Below, one piece after another: positions 1-13,560 of a DNA stretch of 64,000 nucleotides. The position numbers were made by a program, and so were the translations under genes. Numbering within the stretch: the first letter of the stretch is position 1; each line of letters begins with the position of its first letter. Location of the stretch: the NCBI RefSeq assembly GCF_008831285.2, contig NC_045138.2, positions 41,168,001 through 41,232,000 on the forward strand. The letters run 5' to 3'. The notes beneath the pieces are model-generated. The model saw only the letters and a list, made by a program, of their open reading frames with translations. It did not search any database and had not been told where the DNA came from. The stretch is from Nymphaea colorata (taxonomy: Eukaryota).

Positions 1-3000
1 ATTTTCATAAGATCAAAGCTTCCTGACACAAGGGTTGAGAATATCTTTGACCAAATCTTGTGATACCCTTTTGGTAATTCCTCCTGCGGGCGTCCCTTTC
101 AAAATCTGGTCTTTGGTAGTGCAGCAATGGCCCACATGATCCGCTGTGTAGATTTGGTGATCTCATATTTGTTCGTTTTAAATTCAGTGTTTTTTAATGA
201 GAGAGAGACAAGGATCACCTGTTGCAGAAAAGGATTATCGAAGCTTGAGTATCAATTACTACCGAAATGAGGCCATTATAAAATCCTGAACTTCAGCCGT
301 CGCAGTTCCGTTGGTAGACATGGCCTTCCATGGGAAGCCCAGGAATGCCACCGCTTATGGGCAGCAAGAAAACCAAGTTGCGAGAATGTTGATAAACATT
401 TCTAACTGTTCTTCTCTTCTTGACGGCAGATCTTCCGCATTTGAATCGGGCCAATTTAGAAACATATATCGGATAATTCATAGCCTGGATATTTGTTTCC
501 AATTGTCGATTTGGCCAATCTCAGCAACGTTGATCAGACAGATTGTTCCAATCTTCTTTTCTAGACGTTAATCCGTGCCAATTCAGCAATGCAAATCGTG
601 GAGGTATTTTAGTTTGATATCTTTCTTTCTCCGGCGCTTGATATCAGATTGAACGGCATACAGTTTCTTATTATACAGGTTGCATTTGAATATCAATGCA
701 GATTAGAGCAGTTAGGATATAGTTTGACACTTTGGTCTTTTCGTCTGTTGCAAAATCATCTGATTTTTTCATGTATTTAGGTCATCTGAAATCCGAACTA
801 CCTCCTAAGTATCAAACACCGAATCTGACAAACAGGATTTTTGATTCGGTTCCCATTTCCATCCAAGATTTGCGCTCTGGCTTTTGGAGCTGAGCTAGAA
901 ATCCTTTATCTGTTGTTTGCTTCAAAGTTTAAACATCATCGCTATTGTAAGATCCAAGGCGACATCAAAGCGTGATACTCTGCAGTCCTCCTGCTGCCAA
1001 TGATGTTTGTTTCTGTGGCTTCTTTCTCGTGGTCTAAAGTCTTCATTACCGAGTCGACGAAGGACCATGAGACAAATTTAACATCAAGAGGGTTGGAAGA
1101 AATTATCATCGACTCTCGGTCCCCTGTTTGAAAAGCTGGGACAGGAACAAATGCCATTAATGATTAATGACAGAGATAAAACTTAATTAAGGGGATGGCT
1201 GTACCTCCTTTGGACTTAGTCCAGAGCATTCATGTCTTTATTTTAAGACCAACCCCTGGTTTCCTTGTCCCTGTCAACCTTTTGGTGTGTCAAGTCATGT
1301 GCTCTACCCCATGTTGACCAAGTGGGTGGAAGCAAAATTATTTGATTTCCTGAAGATCTGCTGGCCATGGGCCTTGCTTCCCCATTTAGCAGATGTGCTC
1401 TCTCTGCCATATGGACCACCCCTGTTCTTGGACACAAGGCAATTTTAAAATACAGATGTGCTGAGAGAAATAAAAGAAAAGCGTCTTTTTCTCTTCTTTT
1501 CACTCTCGTGGGTATGCCAACTTTTAGTTGAAACTCATCTTTTCTGCTCCCATATCACACAAGTCATGCACTAATTTTGCAGGTGCAGTCTCCAAGTCTG
1601 AAGACCTAAAAGCCTATACTAAGAGATTATGTGCAGATCAGCTTTTAGAAGCTCATAGGGACCTCAGGTTGTCGGTTCGGTTTCCGTGGGTGCCGACCTC
1701 GTGGAGGCAAGGGAAAACAAGCAACTTTTTGATCTAAGAAGACATGGAATTCTTGAAGAACTTTCAGACTGTTGAACAATAAAACCACTTCTGTGGGATT
1801 AGTTTTCTGCAGAAAAGATTAAGATTCAGGGAACACAAATTTTCTTCTTATTGTACATGAAGATATGCTTGGATCGATTCAAACCAGAGAATAAAGTCCA
1901 AGATTTTTAACCTAACATATCTTCACAAGTTGGGGACTGTTTGGATTCATTAGTTGTAACCAATCTTGAGAAGCACTGCACTATGGCTAGGGACCATCAC
2001 CCATCTGGCCACCTAACCACCAAACAGATCAGACATGTGAAGGTGATGCCATGGGAGGTTGTTTGGGAACAAAGCCATATCACCATAATGTGTGCTCCAA
2101 AACCATGTCCATGGAGTTTATTGTCCTTGCAACAGCTTTTTAATGTTTTGGACCTTTCTAGATGTGCTTGAGCAGGAGGATCACTAGGCATATGTCCTGT
2201 TTGTGGGCTAGGGATTGCCAGTGGATTAGATTTATCTGATTACCCGACCCGTATCCGATACTTTCTAGGGTTTGGTAAGTGAGGAGAATAAGATCATGTC
2301 GCTACTCGAATTCGGATTTGGAATGTATTTTTTATATGGGTCCGAAGCGAAAACGCGGCGATTATATCGCAAATTAAGTCACAATTTAACAGAATTATGA
2401 GTCGAGGCCCAATTGAGGATATGATCCTTTTGATTTGGATTTGCTATATCTTTCATGTACAACCTGCAGACAGCCATTTTGCTAAAAGCAAAGGTAAGGA
2501 CTGACCCAGCCTGCCCCCTCTAGGGACACACCTTAGTGTGGGACACTAGGGGATGTGCCCTACAAAATGATGAAATAGCACCTAGTGTTCATTCTTCTTT
2601 TCCATTTTTTTTTTTATTTTGTTTTTGTTTTTTCAAGTTTAAATGCACTATAGTTATTGTTTACTTGATATATAGCGTGCTTGATGTGGATTCCTATATG
2701 CTTTTCAAAATTTAAATGTTTTTTTATATATTTATTGAAAATGACAAAAATAATGTAAAGTATTTAGTTTAACTGAAGAAATTTTTAGGACGGATTAGCC
2801 ACTAATGTGTCAAGATAATTTTTTAGAAGCATGTCAACATCGTAGATGAGTTGTCTGGTTGATGGGGGAACAGATTATGAGTTACTAATCAAAATTTAGA
2901 GGAACTGTTATCAATTATTTCTGTGTTTATTGTATTGTATGGGTTCGGGCGGATCATGTGGGCTCATCAACTAAAGAACATTTTTAGATGTGCTTTGTTT

Positions 3001-3414
3001 TGTTTTTTAAAGAAGGCCTTAAATGCAAGACAAAGCTACTTAGCATGATAAAGAATTTCATAGGTGGGGAGAAATCTACAACTCCCCTTTCCCCCTTTGC
3101 CTTCAATTTTCCATCTTTTCGTTGATTCCTGCTTTCCACTTTTATTCGTAATTATCTCTACCTTTTTGTTGATCTAATCTCCTTTCCCATAAAAAAGATA
3201 TCAATGTCAATGCATATCAACTCTGAAGGAGTCCAAAAAAATATCCAAAAAAAAAAAAAATTGGTATAGTCAGTTCAAAACAATATCATAAATGTCGTTT
3301 AACGAGCATTTGGCAATATGTTATATTGTTGTAGTATTCTCTGATTCTATTTCAATTTTAAAAACAGCTTTATGAAATAAAAACAAATTGTTTCTATTGC
3401 CAAACGGCCATTTA

Positions 3415-3570
3415 GAGGTTGTTTGGCAATGAGAACATTTGGCAATGAGAACAATAACATATTGTTTTATATATTTGCCCCAAAGGTTTGGGCAAAGTCA
3501 TGGCTGAATGTTATGTGAATCTACCCTTATATGAAATAATATATTATTGTTCCCATTGCCAAGCACCTTC
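3415..3570. mobile_element. Tourist-like (PIF/Harbinger) MITE
   Basis: Imperfect TIR gaggttgtttggcaatgagaaca / tgttcccattgccaagcaccttc, TTA on both sides (3412-3414, 3571-3573); internal 16-bp duplication tttggcaatgagaaca; related elements abut it (about 3304-3409 and 3574-3720). Confidence 0.7.
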
Positions 3571-4150
3571 TTATAGTGTATTTGACGACAATAGCATATT
3601 ATTGCCGTCTCATGAATCTGTCCTAAAAAATAAGACAGATTTGTGGAACCCTTGTTACAGTTTTATTTGTATCTGTTGTGTTCATGCGACAATAACAATA
3701 TATTACTATTACTAGACAGTCATTCAAACAACAAAGTGCACCAAAGTGCGACAATAACAATATATTACTATCAGGATTTTTCGCTTTTGTAATTAAGAGG
3801 TAATCAATAAAAATCTTTAAAAAAATCGACTTTTTTTTTGCCGATTTTGTTTGTGTGTGCATGACATGCTCAAAAAATTACACATAGCAAACGTTAAGTT
3901 GGGATTCTTTGACCGGTTTTTGAAACATGATTTGTGTGGTAGGATGACAAGATAAAAACGGGCATTCCATGAAAAATCTAAAGAGGGTCAGTTTGTTCAT
4001 TCCCTTTTCCGAGACGTCATTTTCTCCAAACTAGATTTTTTAGTTTCTAGCCAATGTGATGCACATTGGTCGGCCAATATTGCAGATTTTGATAACTATC
4101 GGTTTAAAGTAAATTTAAATTAAAACAATGTGAAGCAAGCGGGTATATCT

Positions 4151-4156
<6 letters not shown>

Positions 4157-4201
<45 letters not shown>
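4157..4201. repeat. (TA)n microsatellite
   Basis: Read directly from the sequence. Confidence 0.98.
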
Positions 4202-4203
<2 letters not shown>

Positions 4204-6525
4204 CGTTTGAAATTTCATTCCAGCCTAATGCAATGCATCAGGTAGTTTGTTAGTAGGACCATTGATTTATAAAAATTAAATGGTGATTCTAGTGTTTTAG
4301 AATCATCCAACCATCTAATTAATATTAAGATTAATGACTTTGGATTATAAAGTCAATTTTTTCTGTCTCTTTATATATATATATATATATAAAAGATTTG
4401 ACTGCTTGAATATGTGGACCACACAAAGATATGGACAATCATATGGACCAAGTGTTTTAATTGTGTATCTTGCAAATCTGGCCCACATATGCGCTGTGCA
4501 CAGTTCTACGTAATTTGAGAGCCAAGACAGACATGAGAAGCAGAAATGAATGATTCTCGGAGACAGTTGACGGAAATTTGCCATCTCTTGATTACCGGCG
4601 CTCTTACGAGCTCGCCGCATTTATTTAAGCGCGCACGATACGATCCGAAGCATCGATCCTCGCAGAAAATTTTAACACGCAGATCGCCGCGGTACGGCCA
4701 AATCTCCGAAAAACGCGTCAAGGACAGCCGGAGAAGATGCTCGGTGGTGCGCTTCTCAGATTTAAAAATGATTGCGGATCTCGAAGATTTACGACTCCAT
4801 TAAAGGCTTTCCCGGTTTCATTAATCTTTTCTTCTTCTGCACTTCGTTTGCTGTACAAGCATCGATCTCCTCTGCAACTTGGGAGCCTTTTGGACTCGAT
4901 CATCTTCTTCAACATCTTAATTAGTTAAAAAAAGAAGGGCAGGATGGAATAAGAATGTCTGTTTTTCTCCTAACATCTCCACAACCTTTTCTATCAAACA
5001 ACACTAAGAAGAATTACCTTTTTTATACTCCTTGTCAACTTTGGGGTTGCCTCTTGATTCCCACTCTAGCTCCCTTTTCATAAATTCTTATGAATAATAT
5101 TTAGTGGAAAGGTGATATCTTTATCCTTATAAAGTTAAAAGGGCGAAAACTGGAGATGCAAATTACACTTAACCCAAAATAATTCAATGTTGTCCGGCAT
5201 TGTTATTATCATAGACATAAATAACATCTTAGGTACAATACTACGAACTTGAAAAAAATAAGAAAAATACGATAAACTGTTAAAAGTTTTAAAAAACTAA
5301 AACGGAAGAAAAAGTAAAATAAGTGAGAAACTAATAACACAAACATCATACATCTGCAACAAATAAAAAATAAAAAATGAAAAAAAAAAAACTGTTTAAC
5401 ATTAAAAAAAAACTGAAAAAAGTGAACAAAGTTAAAAATACATTTTTTTCATTTTTAACGTTTAAAAAAATGTGTTTTTTTGTAAGTTTTAAACAGCCGT
5501 TTAATTTATCACATTTTTTGCATTAAAAAAATGTGTTTTCTGTTATTATGGTTACTGTACTATCAACGTGTCTAAAAAAATGAGATGGATTCATGAAATA
5601 TTTGTAACAAGTGTTTCATGAATTTGGTTTGTTTGTTTGACACATTAATCAAACAGTAACACCGCTTAGGGCTGCAGATGAGTCAGGTTTTTTATAAACA
5701 ATTGTTTGGCTGTGCCCCATATGTTTTTATTCAAACAGAATATACATTGACATTGGTATCAGCTATTCGTCAATTCCAGCCAAGCATCTGCAGAAGAAAG
5801 AAAATGTTATTGAGATTTGATGAGTGCAGCCGAAACAAAACTAAATTCATCCATCATTACATATATTTAAATTAAGGCAATTAAAATTTTATAAGAATGT
5901 TCAATTAAAATTTAACAATTGTAGGATCTTCTATTGATTATAACGCAATCACATGTACACTTAACCGTGTCTTCAATAAACAATTACTAAAACAAATGTT
6001 TCAATAATGTCACGTTACTCAAAGAAACATGATGTAATGATATTCTTTTGAAATGAGAACATGGTGTTCTTCAAACATGTAGTATATTAGAAGAAGATAA
6101 GATGTGTTTTAAGAATACAATGTTCTCTTTATTAGATGCGCACCTTTGTTATGGGCTTAGGTTTACTGGAATCAAACTTTTTTGCTACTGGGAGTTAATA
6201 AGTGTATCGAGAGTAGTTGCTTCCCTACAATGTGCAACTTTAGAATACAATATTGATGAGAAGAAGCAAGGAGTTCTCTTGATGTTCAGTCAAAAAGAGA
6301 CTGGAAAACAATGTTTAATTATATGATGGCAATGAGATATTTTTTTTTTTTTTTTAAAAAAAAGTAACACGACCGGTATAACTGTAAACTTCAAGCAAGA
6401 AAAATTCTTAAATTTTATTAATTAATAAAATGCACTATTTATTACACAGGGTCTTCCTGAACTCAACTTTTGCTTCTTCTTTGGGTTGAGAATTTCTCTT
6501 GGCCACATCTCTTGGTTTGGAACTA

Positions 6526-6527
<2 letters not shown>

Positions 6528-6591
<64 letters not shown>
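6528..6591. repeat. Compound (CT)n(TA)n microsatellite
   Basis: Read directly from the sequence. Confidence 0.98.
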
Positions 6592-6593
<2 letters not shown>

Positions 6594-7561
6594 TATCATT
6601 TTTAATATTTTTCAATTATTCTGTATGATATATTTTTACATCCAAAACATTACAAGTGAAATTTTTGCCAGATGCAGAATGTTTCCAAATCACTAAAGAT
6701 CAAAATTTATTGCTGAAAACATAAAAAGAAAAAAGCACCATGAACCATTGTTGCATTATAAATTAGTTGACAACTGTTTTCTAGTGACATATTTTTAATA
6801 TTTAATTGTTTGACAACATCCGGCACCCCAACAGAATATTCTCTCAACATTTACGCGCATTTGAAATTTGAATAAAGGAAAAACTTTCATTTGTACACAA
6901 CAAAAATGAGTTGTCGAATAAGAATTGGATATGTCAAGGGGCCCTTTCACCCGCAGGCTTGCATCGGAGCCTCCTCAGTTCTGGAAAAATCAAGTTTAGC
7001 CCAATTTTTTTTCAGAAACACATTTTTGGCTCCATTTGAAATTTTGATGAACAATAAAATGGTATTGGAAAAAGTATAGAAATGAATCGAAAGAGAAAAT
7101 CTAAAGAAAATTCAAAATTAAATAAAGAAAAGGATGATTTATATGGTCTAAACAGGCTTTAAAATTGGTTAACTAGCATTATAAATATGAAATAGACCGT
7201 AATATTTTAAGTAATGGTAGCTGAATCAATGCAAAAACTATATAAACTCGATTCAAGCAAGCATATTCAGGTAAATGTCAGTTGAATTTAACAACATTAA
7301 ATCAAATTCATTTAATCAATTGAATGAAGCCTCATTCTTTGGCTATACTGCAATAGGAATAATGTGTGCTGCTTCAAATTTGAGATAAATTCATAAAACA
7401 CTCGCAAAATGATCTCAATACCACACCCTCTAATGGATAAATAGAGCCCGTAATGCTGATCAAGTTGGCAAGAGAGAGTTGACTTACTAACAGAAAATGC
7501 TAGTTTCAATGAATGAGCTTTTTAAGAAGTTGCTTTTCACTTTTAGAATGAACACATATTC

Positions 7562-7601
<40 letters not shown>

Positions 7602-8215
7602 TGTTTATTTATTTATTTCCTTTCATCAATGCAAAGTCAAATCCTACGACAGTAAATTACTGACGTTTATGTTTTTTTAAGCTGGAAAATCCATTAACAT
7701 AGGAATAGTATTTGGATATTCTATCTTGACTGGCAGATTATGCAATCCCAAAAAGTAAGTGATATTAGGAAAAGGGAAGGAGAGAGAAAAAGGGAAAGAA
7801 TTGAATAGAATAATGCAACATATTTACTAAAATTTACTGTGGGAAACTTTGTGCTTAAGTGCCAACATTTTTCTTGTATAATTTTGAAACGGTATCCCAC
7901 CTTTCTGATTTTGCTATTAGAGGCCACATTCTTTAGGATAACGGCCAAATGAAGGGTTAATTAAATTTATCATCATGTCAAAATAAAAAAGCTAAAAACT
8001 GGGCAGATTTTTTTTTTTTTTTTTTGTATAAGATCAATCAAATATTTTTCACCATTCACTTGAAAGGTCATAGCAAAGTTGGTTAGGCTGGTCGCATAAG
8101 AAAATATGGCATGTTGTCAGTTTAATTCTCTTAGGTGCTATGCTCATGGGTTTCTTGGGTACTAGAGTGCGACACAAAATTGATGTTCCACTATCTCCAT
8201 GGAAAACCCTGATAA

Positions 8216-8371
8216 GCAAATGAAAAAAAAAATACAGTATAAAAATTGATTTTTTTTTTTTTTTGCTTCTATGTATTTTTTTAATGTGAGTTTGGCCTTA
8301 CCCAAATCCAACCCAATAAACCCAACTCCCATTTGGCCCAGTCCTGAAAAAAAATCTTGGCTCCGCCCCTG
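8216..8371. mobile_element. Truncated hAT-type MITE (CAGGGGCGGAGC-terminus family)
   Basis: Right end ggctccgcccctg; possible 7/8 TSD cctgataa (8208-8215) / cctgatac (8372-8379); left TIR missing. Confidence 0.5.
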
Positions 8372-8489
8372 CCTGATACAATTCTCATCCATAGAGACAA
8401 GGGGCTTCATATCTCCTTTGGGAGGCTCAAGCTTACTCAGAAATATGTTTTATCTTGCTAAGTATCGAATAGGTAAAATCAGTAACCTA

Positions 8490-8630
8490 AAATCGTCGGC
8501 ACAATGGTCGGGGCAAGGATGGTAGGTGATAAGTTCCTGTTTCGAATCCTGGGGTGTCAACTCCCTTGTACTACAAACATGAGACCACTAATATATAAGT
8601 TGAAGTGTGGGAGGGACAGCATCCTAATAC
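8490..8630 (+). mobile_element. tRNA-derived SINE-like remnant
   Basis: A-box-like cggcacaatgg (8497-8507) and B-box-like gtttcgaatcc (8539-8549) at tRNA-like spacing; no cloverleaf; ends uncertain. Confidence 0.4.
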
Positions 8631-10096
8631 AGTGAATGCAAATTTTGTACCCTCCGAAAACAAGAGTTCAGGTGAAAATTTCGGCTTTCTTTTGAGCAGT
8701 AAGATGAAATGCTTCTCATGTCACCCAAAGAATCAATAACATGCAAAGAATGAAAAACAAAAACCATTGAAAAAGCTGGCACAACTTCAAATGCCCTTTT
8801 CAAAGGCAAAAGGATCACCAACTACTACCCCCTTAACCACACATGCTAAAGTTTCCTCAATCAACATTTCATTTCAGTAATAGAATATTATTCGTCTGCG
8901 TTTTGCACCAAGCATTATAAAGTAGATCCTATTTCCTTGATGGTGCATCACTAACGTGATTCTCCCACTTCTTTTGAGCGATTTATTGTTGATTTTGGCA
9001 TATTTGGCTTCTTGGTGACAGAAAATATCTTGGCCATGTGTTTTTGGGTTAAAGAGCATTGCAAAAGATACTAAAACCCAAGAGTTCAAAATATAAAGTA
9101 TCTTTTTTCCTAGTTGAGTGTGTCCAAAGCAAAAGAGTGAATGAAGCATAAGGAAAACAGAAAAAGTTGGATGGATTATTCTTCTTTCAATCAGACCAGT
9201 GAGACTCTTCTTAGTATAATCCTGGCATGTGCCTGACCTGTTTGTTTCAGGGAAAAGCAAAAGGAAAACATTTTGATAAGAAAGAGATGAAAGCCATGGG
9301 AAAGAGAAGTACTGAGAAAGCATTTTGGTGCCAAAAAACAAGTCAAAGCTGGAGATCAGATGCAGCTGGACTTTGACATAGGAAAGTAAACACCTAAGAA
9401 AAGTGGTTCCAATGGCGTGACGCCACGCATAAAACGCCTAAGAAAAGTGGTTCTAATGGCACAGACTTTTTTCTTGGTGCGCTACTTTCTACACAAGCAG
9501 TTAGTAAAAACTTCATTTTCCTAGGAAAATCAGCTATTTTGACAGGGAAAAATGTGAAACTTGATGCCAGCAAAAGAATACGAGATATGAAAATATAGGA
9601 CCTCTAGTCAACCCACATTGCCTTGCCATGAACGGTTCGAATTTGGATGTGTCTCATCTTTGCTGCATTTGACGAAATCGGATTCCATGTTTAATCTGAT
9701 TCAATTTCAGATTCAGATTCAAACTTTCTTTCTTTTTTTTAACTGAACTCAGATCCAACTACCAATAAGATCCAAATTTATATGTAATCAGTAGATTAGT
9801 TTTAGCGAACCTCGGTTGGATGCTGGACCCGGTTTCATATTCAATCGTGAAACTGCAAACCAACTATGAAACCAATTCCTAATAAGATCTAAACTTTTTT
9901 TTACCATGACTCGATTTAGTTATGATCTTTTCACGTGCCTAAGTGCAGTGGCTTTCTGCTATTGCTCCCTAGAGGCCAAAGAAAAGTTTTTTGGAGTATG
10001 CGAGGCATTGAGATCGTGAGTGATCTTAAGGGGATTTCCAAGTATTTTCCCCTCTTCACTTTGCCGTACCCAACCGGACTCTCCTTTTTGTCTCCT

Positions 10097-10100
<4 letters not shown>

Positions 10101-10164
<64 letters not shown>
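10101..10164. repeat. (AT)n microsatellite, with short (GT)n/(CA)n/(GA)n tracts following to about 10250
   Basis: Read directly from the sequence. Confidence 0.98.
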
Positions 10165-10168
<4 letters not shown>

Positions 10169-13100
10169 TATATTTATATTTATGTTTATATTTTTATATA
10201 GTGTGTGTGTGTGCGCGCACACACACGTGATAGAGAGAAAGAGAGAGACAATGAAGGGAAGAGGAAGGGACAAGAACCGGTCTACTTAGCCTCTATAATA
10301 ACACCCCTAATCCCAAGCACAACATTCTTAAATACTAAGTGAATATTATATCAACTGGCAGGCCATTTTTATGGCATATACCAATTATTGTTACCAAACA
10401 ACTCTTATCCCATTTGGTCAAGGGAATAGTTGGTAATTATTCGATGAATATGCTTTAAAGATTGAATATATTCATGTAACACTTGAATAAATGTTTCATG
10501 AATGTATCAATGTTTCGAGGTATATTCATAGAACAATTACAAACTGTTTTCGTTGTCAAACGACCTCGTATATATGTTGTTCCTTGGGCACCTCATCGGT
10601 TTTTTGTTCAATTCACAGTGGTCCTGCTGCTGACCTAATTGTGCTTTTAAAATCGACCTACCCTTCATTGATACTAAGAATATCTAAGAATATTTTCTGG
10701 ATTTGACTTTAAAATAAACCCACCAAACTTGTTATGTCTAGAATATTAAGCATATCTCCCCTATTCTGATAGCGATAATATTTAAAAATATTATCATTGG
10801 AAAGCAATTACTTAACTAAAAATATTCAGAATGCTTACTTGAACAAATTTTATAGTATTAATACCTTACAACTATGTGAAAGCTAGCCCACTTGGCCAAC
10901 CTGTTTAAGATCTTCAAGTGTAAGGAAGTCAAGAGTTTAATACTGAAGGTGCTTTCAAGGCCCGGCAACAGATCTGCTTGGTGTCTGGTCCTAGCCCACA
11001 TAAATAGGCCGGCCAAGTCGCGTCCTAAACTTCAAGCTAAGGTGCTTGGCTCAGTCTATTGCCGGTATGGACCAGGTCCGACCTGACCCACCAGGAACCT
11101 AAGCCGGCTGGCTACATTTGGGACCAATCTTGACTTGACAAGTAGGAGATCAAGTCGGCTTTACAGCGCGACGCGTGTAGGCTGGGCCCGTCTGCCCTAA
11201 GAAACCTTAGGTGGAATTGTTGGGGTTAGCCACATGTCTACTCCTAAAAAATCTCATGGGGCCCTGCTAGATCTTGGTTTGCTGGGCTTGAGGCAAACAA
11301 AGCTCAATCTCTTGGTCTATTCTGTGGATAAGCTCAAACTGCATATATTAGGGTTTTTCTTTGAGAAATTTTTATTTTAAGGTTAATTTTTGCCTATAAT
11401 TAAAAAAAATTTGCTTTTGTTGATTTTGTTGATAAGTGCCACACTTTTTATATAAACTGTTAAACATATGATGTAATTTTTTTTTTATATTTGATTATCC
11501 CGTTATATTTGCTTTAAATTCATCTCATCATTCAAGGGGCTACCAAACCTTGTATGGGCTGTCTACATGTGAATTTAAAAATGAGAACTGCAAGTGGAGC
11601 TTTATAAAACTAAATTTATATTTAAAGCAAAGATGGGCAACAGAAGAGAATTGATAGGTTGCTAGAAAGGAAATGTTCTTTGAGAATCTCATAGCCCTTT
11701 TGTTTATGGGACAAAGCTGGTGGCTCCATTTCTGTGGGCTCTCCATGTTTCCTCCATCAAAGTGGTCCTAGAATTGTGTTCATCTTTGAAACTTGCCTTT
11801 GAACTTATCCTCTTGTCCACAAAGGGGTCCCTCACCTGGCTGGGGCGGTCAATGCGCCCCCAGAGACCCGGCCAAAGTCTTAATTTTGAACTTTTAGATG
11901 GGTGTTCGTAGCATTATCGATGTCAATGGTTCGGATTCGGATCAGCTAAATATAAAAAACAGCAACTTGCAACAAACTTGATGTGATCAAGGGGAGAACT
12001 AGTAGCATATATTATCCAGCCCTTTTCTACAAGCTGAACCGAAAAAACTTAAATGCAATTTTGGAACAAAAGGTGGCAGGGGTGGGTGTCGAGCCGGGAA
12101 CCCGTCAGGCTTTCGGGCTCTCCTCCCCGGTTGGGTTTGATAATTTATTTTTTATTTTTTATTATATTTATATATATATATTACGTTTGGGTCTGAGTCA
12201 GATCCAAACTAAACCGAATCTTACATGAAGATATTACATTAACTGGATTTGGTCTTCAAATGAGTCCACTTCTGACTAGCATATGATCTCATGTCTACAT
12301 GTAAACTCGTTCGAACTTTTGACATCCGACTTTGATGAAATTCTACAGGAGAATTAGGTTGGGTGAGACCTTCGACTCTATGCGAGAGAGGATTTCCCCC
12401 GCTCACCCGGAATTGGTTTGATTGGCCGTGGTTCAATTTTGATGAAAACTGAATATGAAATTTGAGTTCAATCAGAAACTGAACTCTTTTTTGCTTTGCT
12501 AGATCCAACTAACAGAGTTGAATTTGGGTCTGCCATTAACGTTGGGACATGGTTTTGTGCAGATAACTAAGATATAAAGTCACATCCAAAACGATGGCCC
12601 CCATAGATTTACTCTGCTATATTCAAGTGCGTCTGGAACGCGTGCCTGCCTGCGGTCAATGCTATACGCAATTATAAAAATAATTACAGTTAGCCACTCA
12701 ATTATTGAGTTATTTGTAAAAACGTCTCAACTTCTAAAAAATTGCATTCGGATGCTCAGTTAGGAAACTAACTCTCAAAAAGCTGCCTCAACCATGAAAG
12801 CCAGCAGGAACCATCAAATTAGATAGAAAAGTGGCTTCCCTCTTGTGGGGGTCTCAGCGCGCACAGAATACATGATTTCGTATTTGGTTTAACATATAGT
12901 TTGCTTTGGATAAGCTGAGATTGTCGCTTTCAAGTGCGCAAAAGCAGGTCATGTACCTTGAGAGGACAAAGGGTTGAATAGGAGTTTTAGCCTTCCTCTA
13001 AGATAGTAGAATGAAATATTCTTGTCACTGGTGGTGCATTTAAATCAAACGGGCAAATGCGTTTCATTATGGTTTATTTCGTTGCTGCCGGCAATAGAAT

Positions 13101-13314
13101 ATGGTTTCTAGATGTAAAAAATATGATTTTGCAAAGTCACTAAATCATACTATACTTCGAGGCTTTGATTTTATACCATTATAAGAATCATCCAAAGCTA
13201 CGAAGCGGATCCCATTTGCGGTGAATGTCTTATTTAGATCATATCTTCAACGTTTGATTAAGGAGAAGAACAAATTTTGTAAAGTAGGAGCAGCTAGGTA
13301 AGCATGGTATCTTT

Positions 13315-13560
13315 TATATATATATGAAAAATTGGATGGTGACATTAGCTTTTTAGAGTCACCCAACCATTTCATCATGGTCGTTCAATCCATCATGATA
13401 AACAGTTAAAAGAAAAACAAGAATAAAAAATGATAAACAGTTAAAAGAAAAACAAGAATAAAAAATGATAGTATAAGTTTCCAATCATTTGTATCAGATG
13501 GACGCCTTGATTACATGGTTGAGTGACTCCGAATAACTAAAGCTATATATATATATATAT
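13315..13560. mobile_element. MITE-like element bounded by TA repeats
   Basis: Inverted arms agagtcacccaaccat / atggttgagtgactcc; (TA)n on both sides; homologous segments at about 4268-4320 and 57361-57410. Confidence 0.55.
13395..13470. repeat. Perfect tandem duplication, 35-bp unit x2
   Basis: atgataaacagttaaaagaaaaacaagaataaaaa at 13395 and 13430, followed by atgata. Confidence 0.95.

Noticed and set aside
293..1503. Short ORFs at the window start as a possible gene fragment
   Set aside because: No recognisable protein motif or consistent exon chain; cannot be excluded without the flanking sequence.
1941..2215. Possible LINE zf-RVT remnant (PWEVVW...CPVCG in shifted frames)
   Set aside because: Similarity too faint to support without a profile search.
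8874..9341. 155-aa minus-strand ORF
   Set aside because: Non-ATG start, composition biased to F/L/I as in AT-rich noise, no domain or splice support.
9935..10289. ORFs with YIYIYI runs (also at 6499, 19474, 55849)
   Set aside because: Translations of (TA)n microsatellites.
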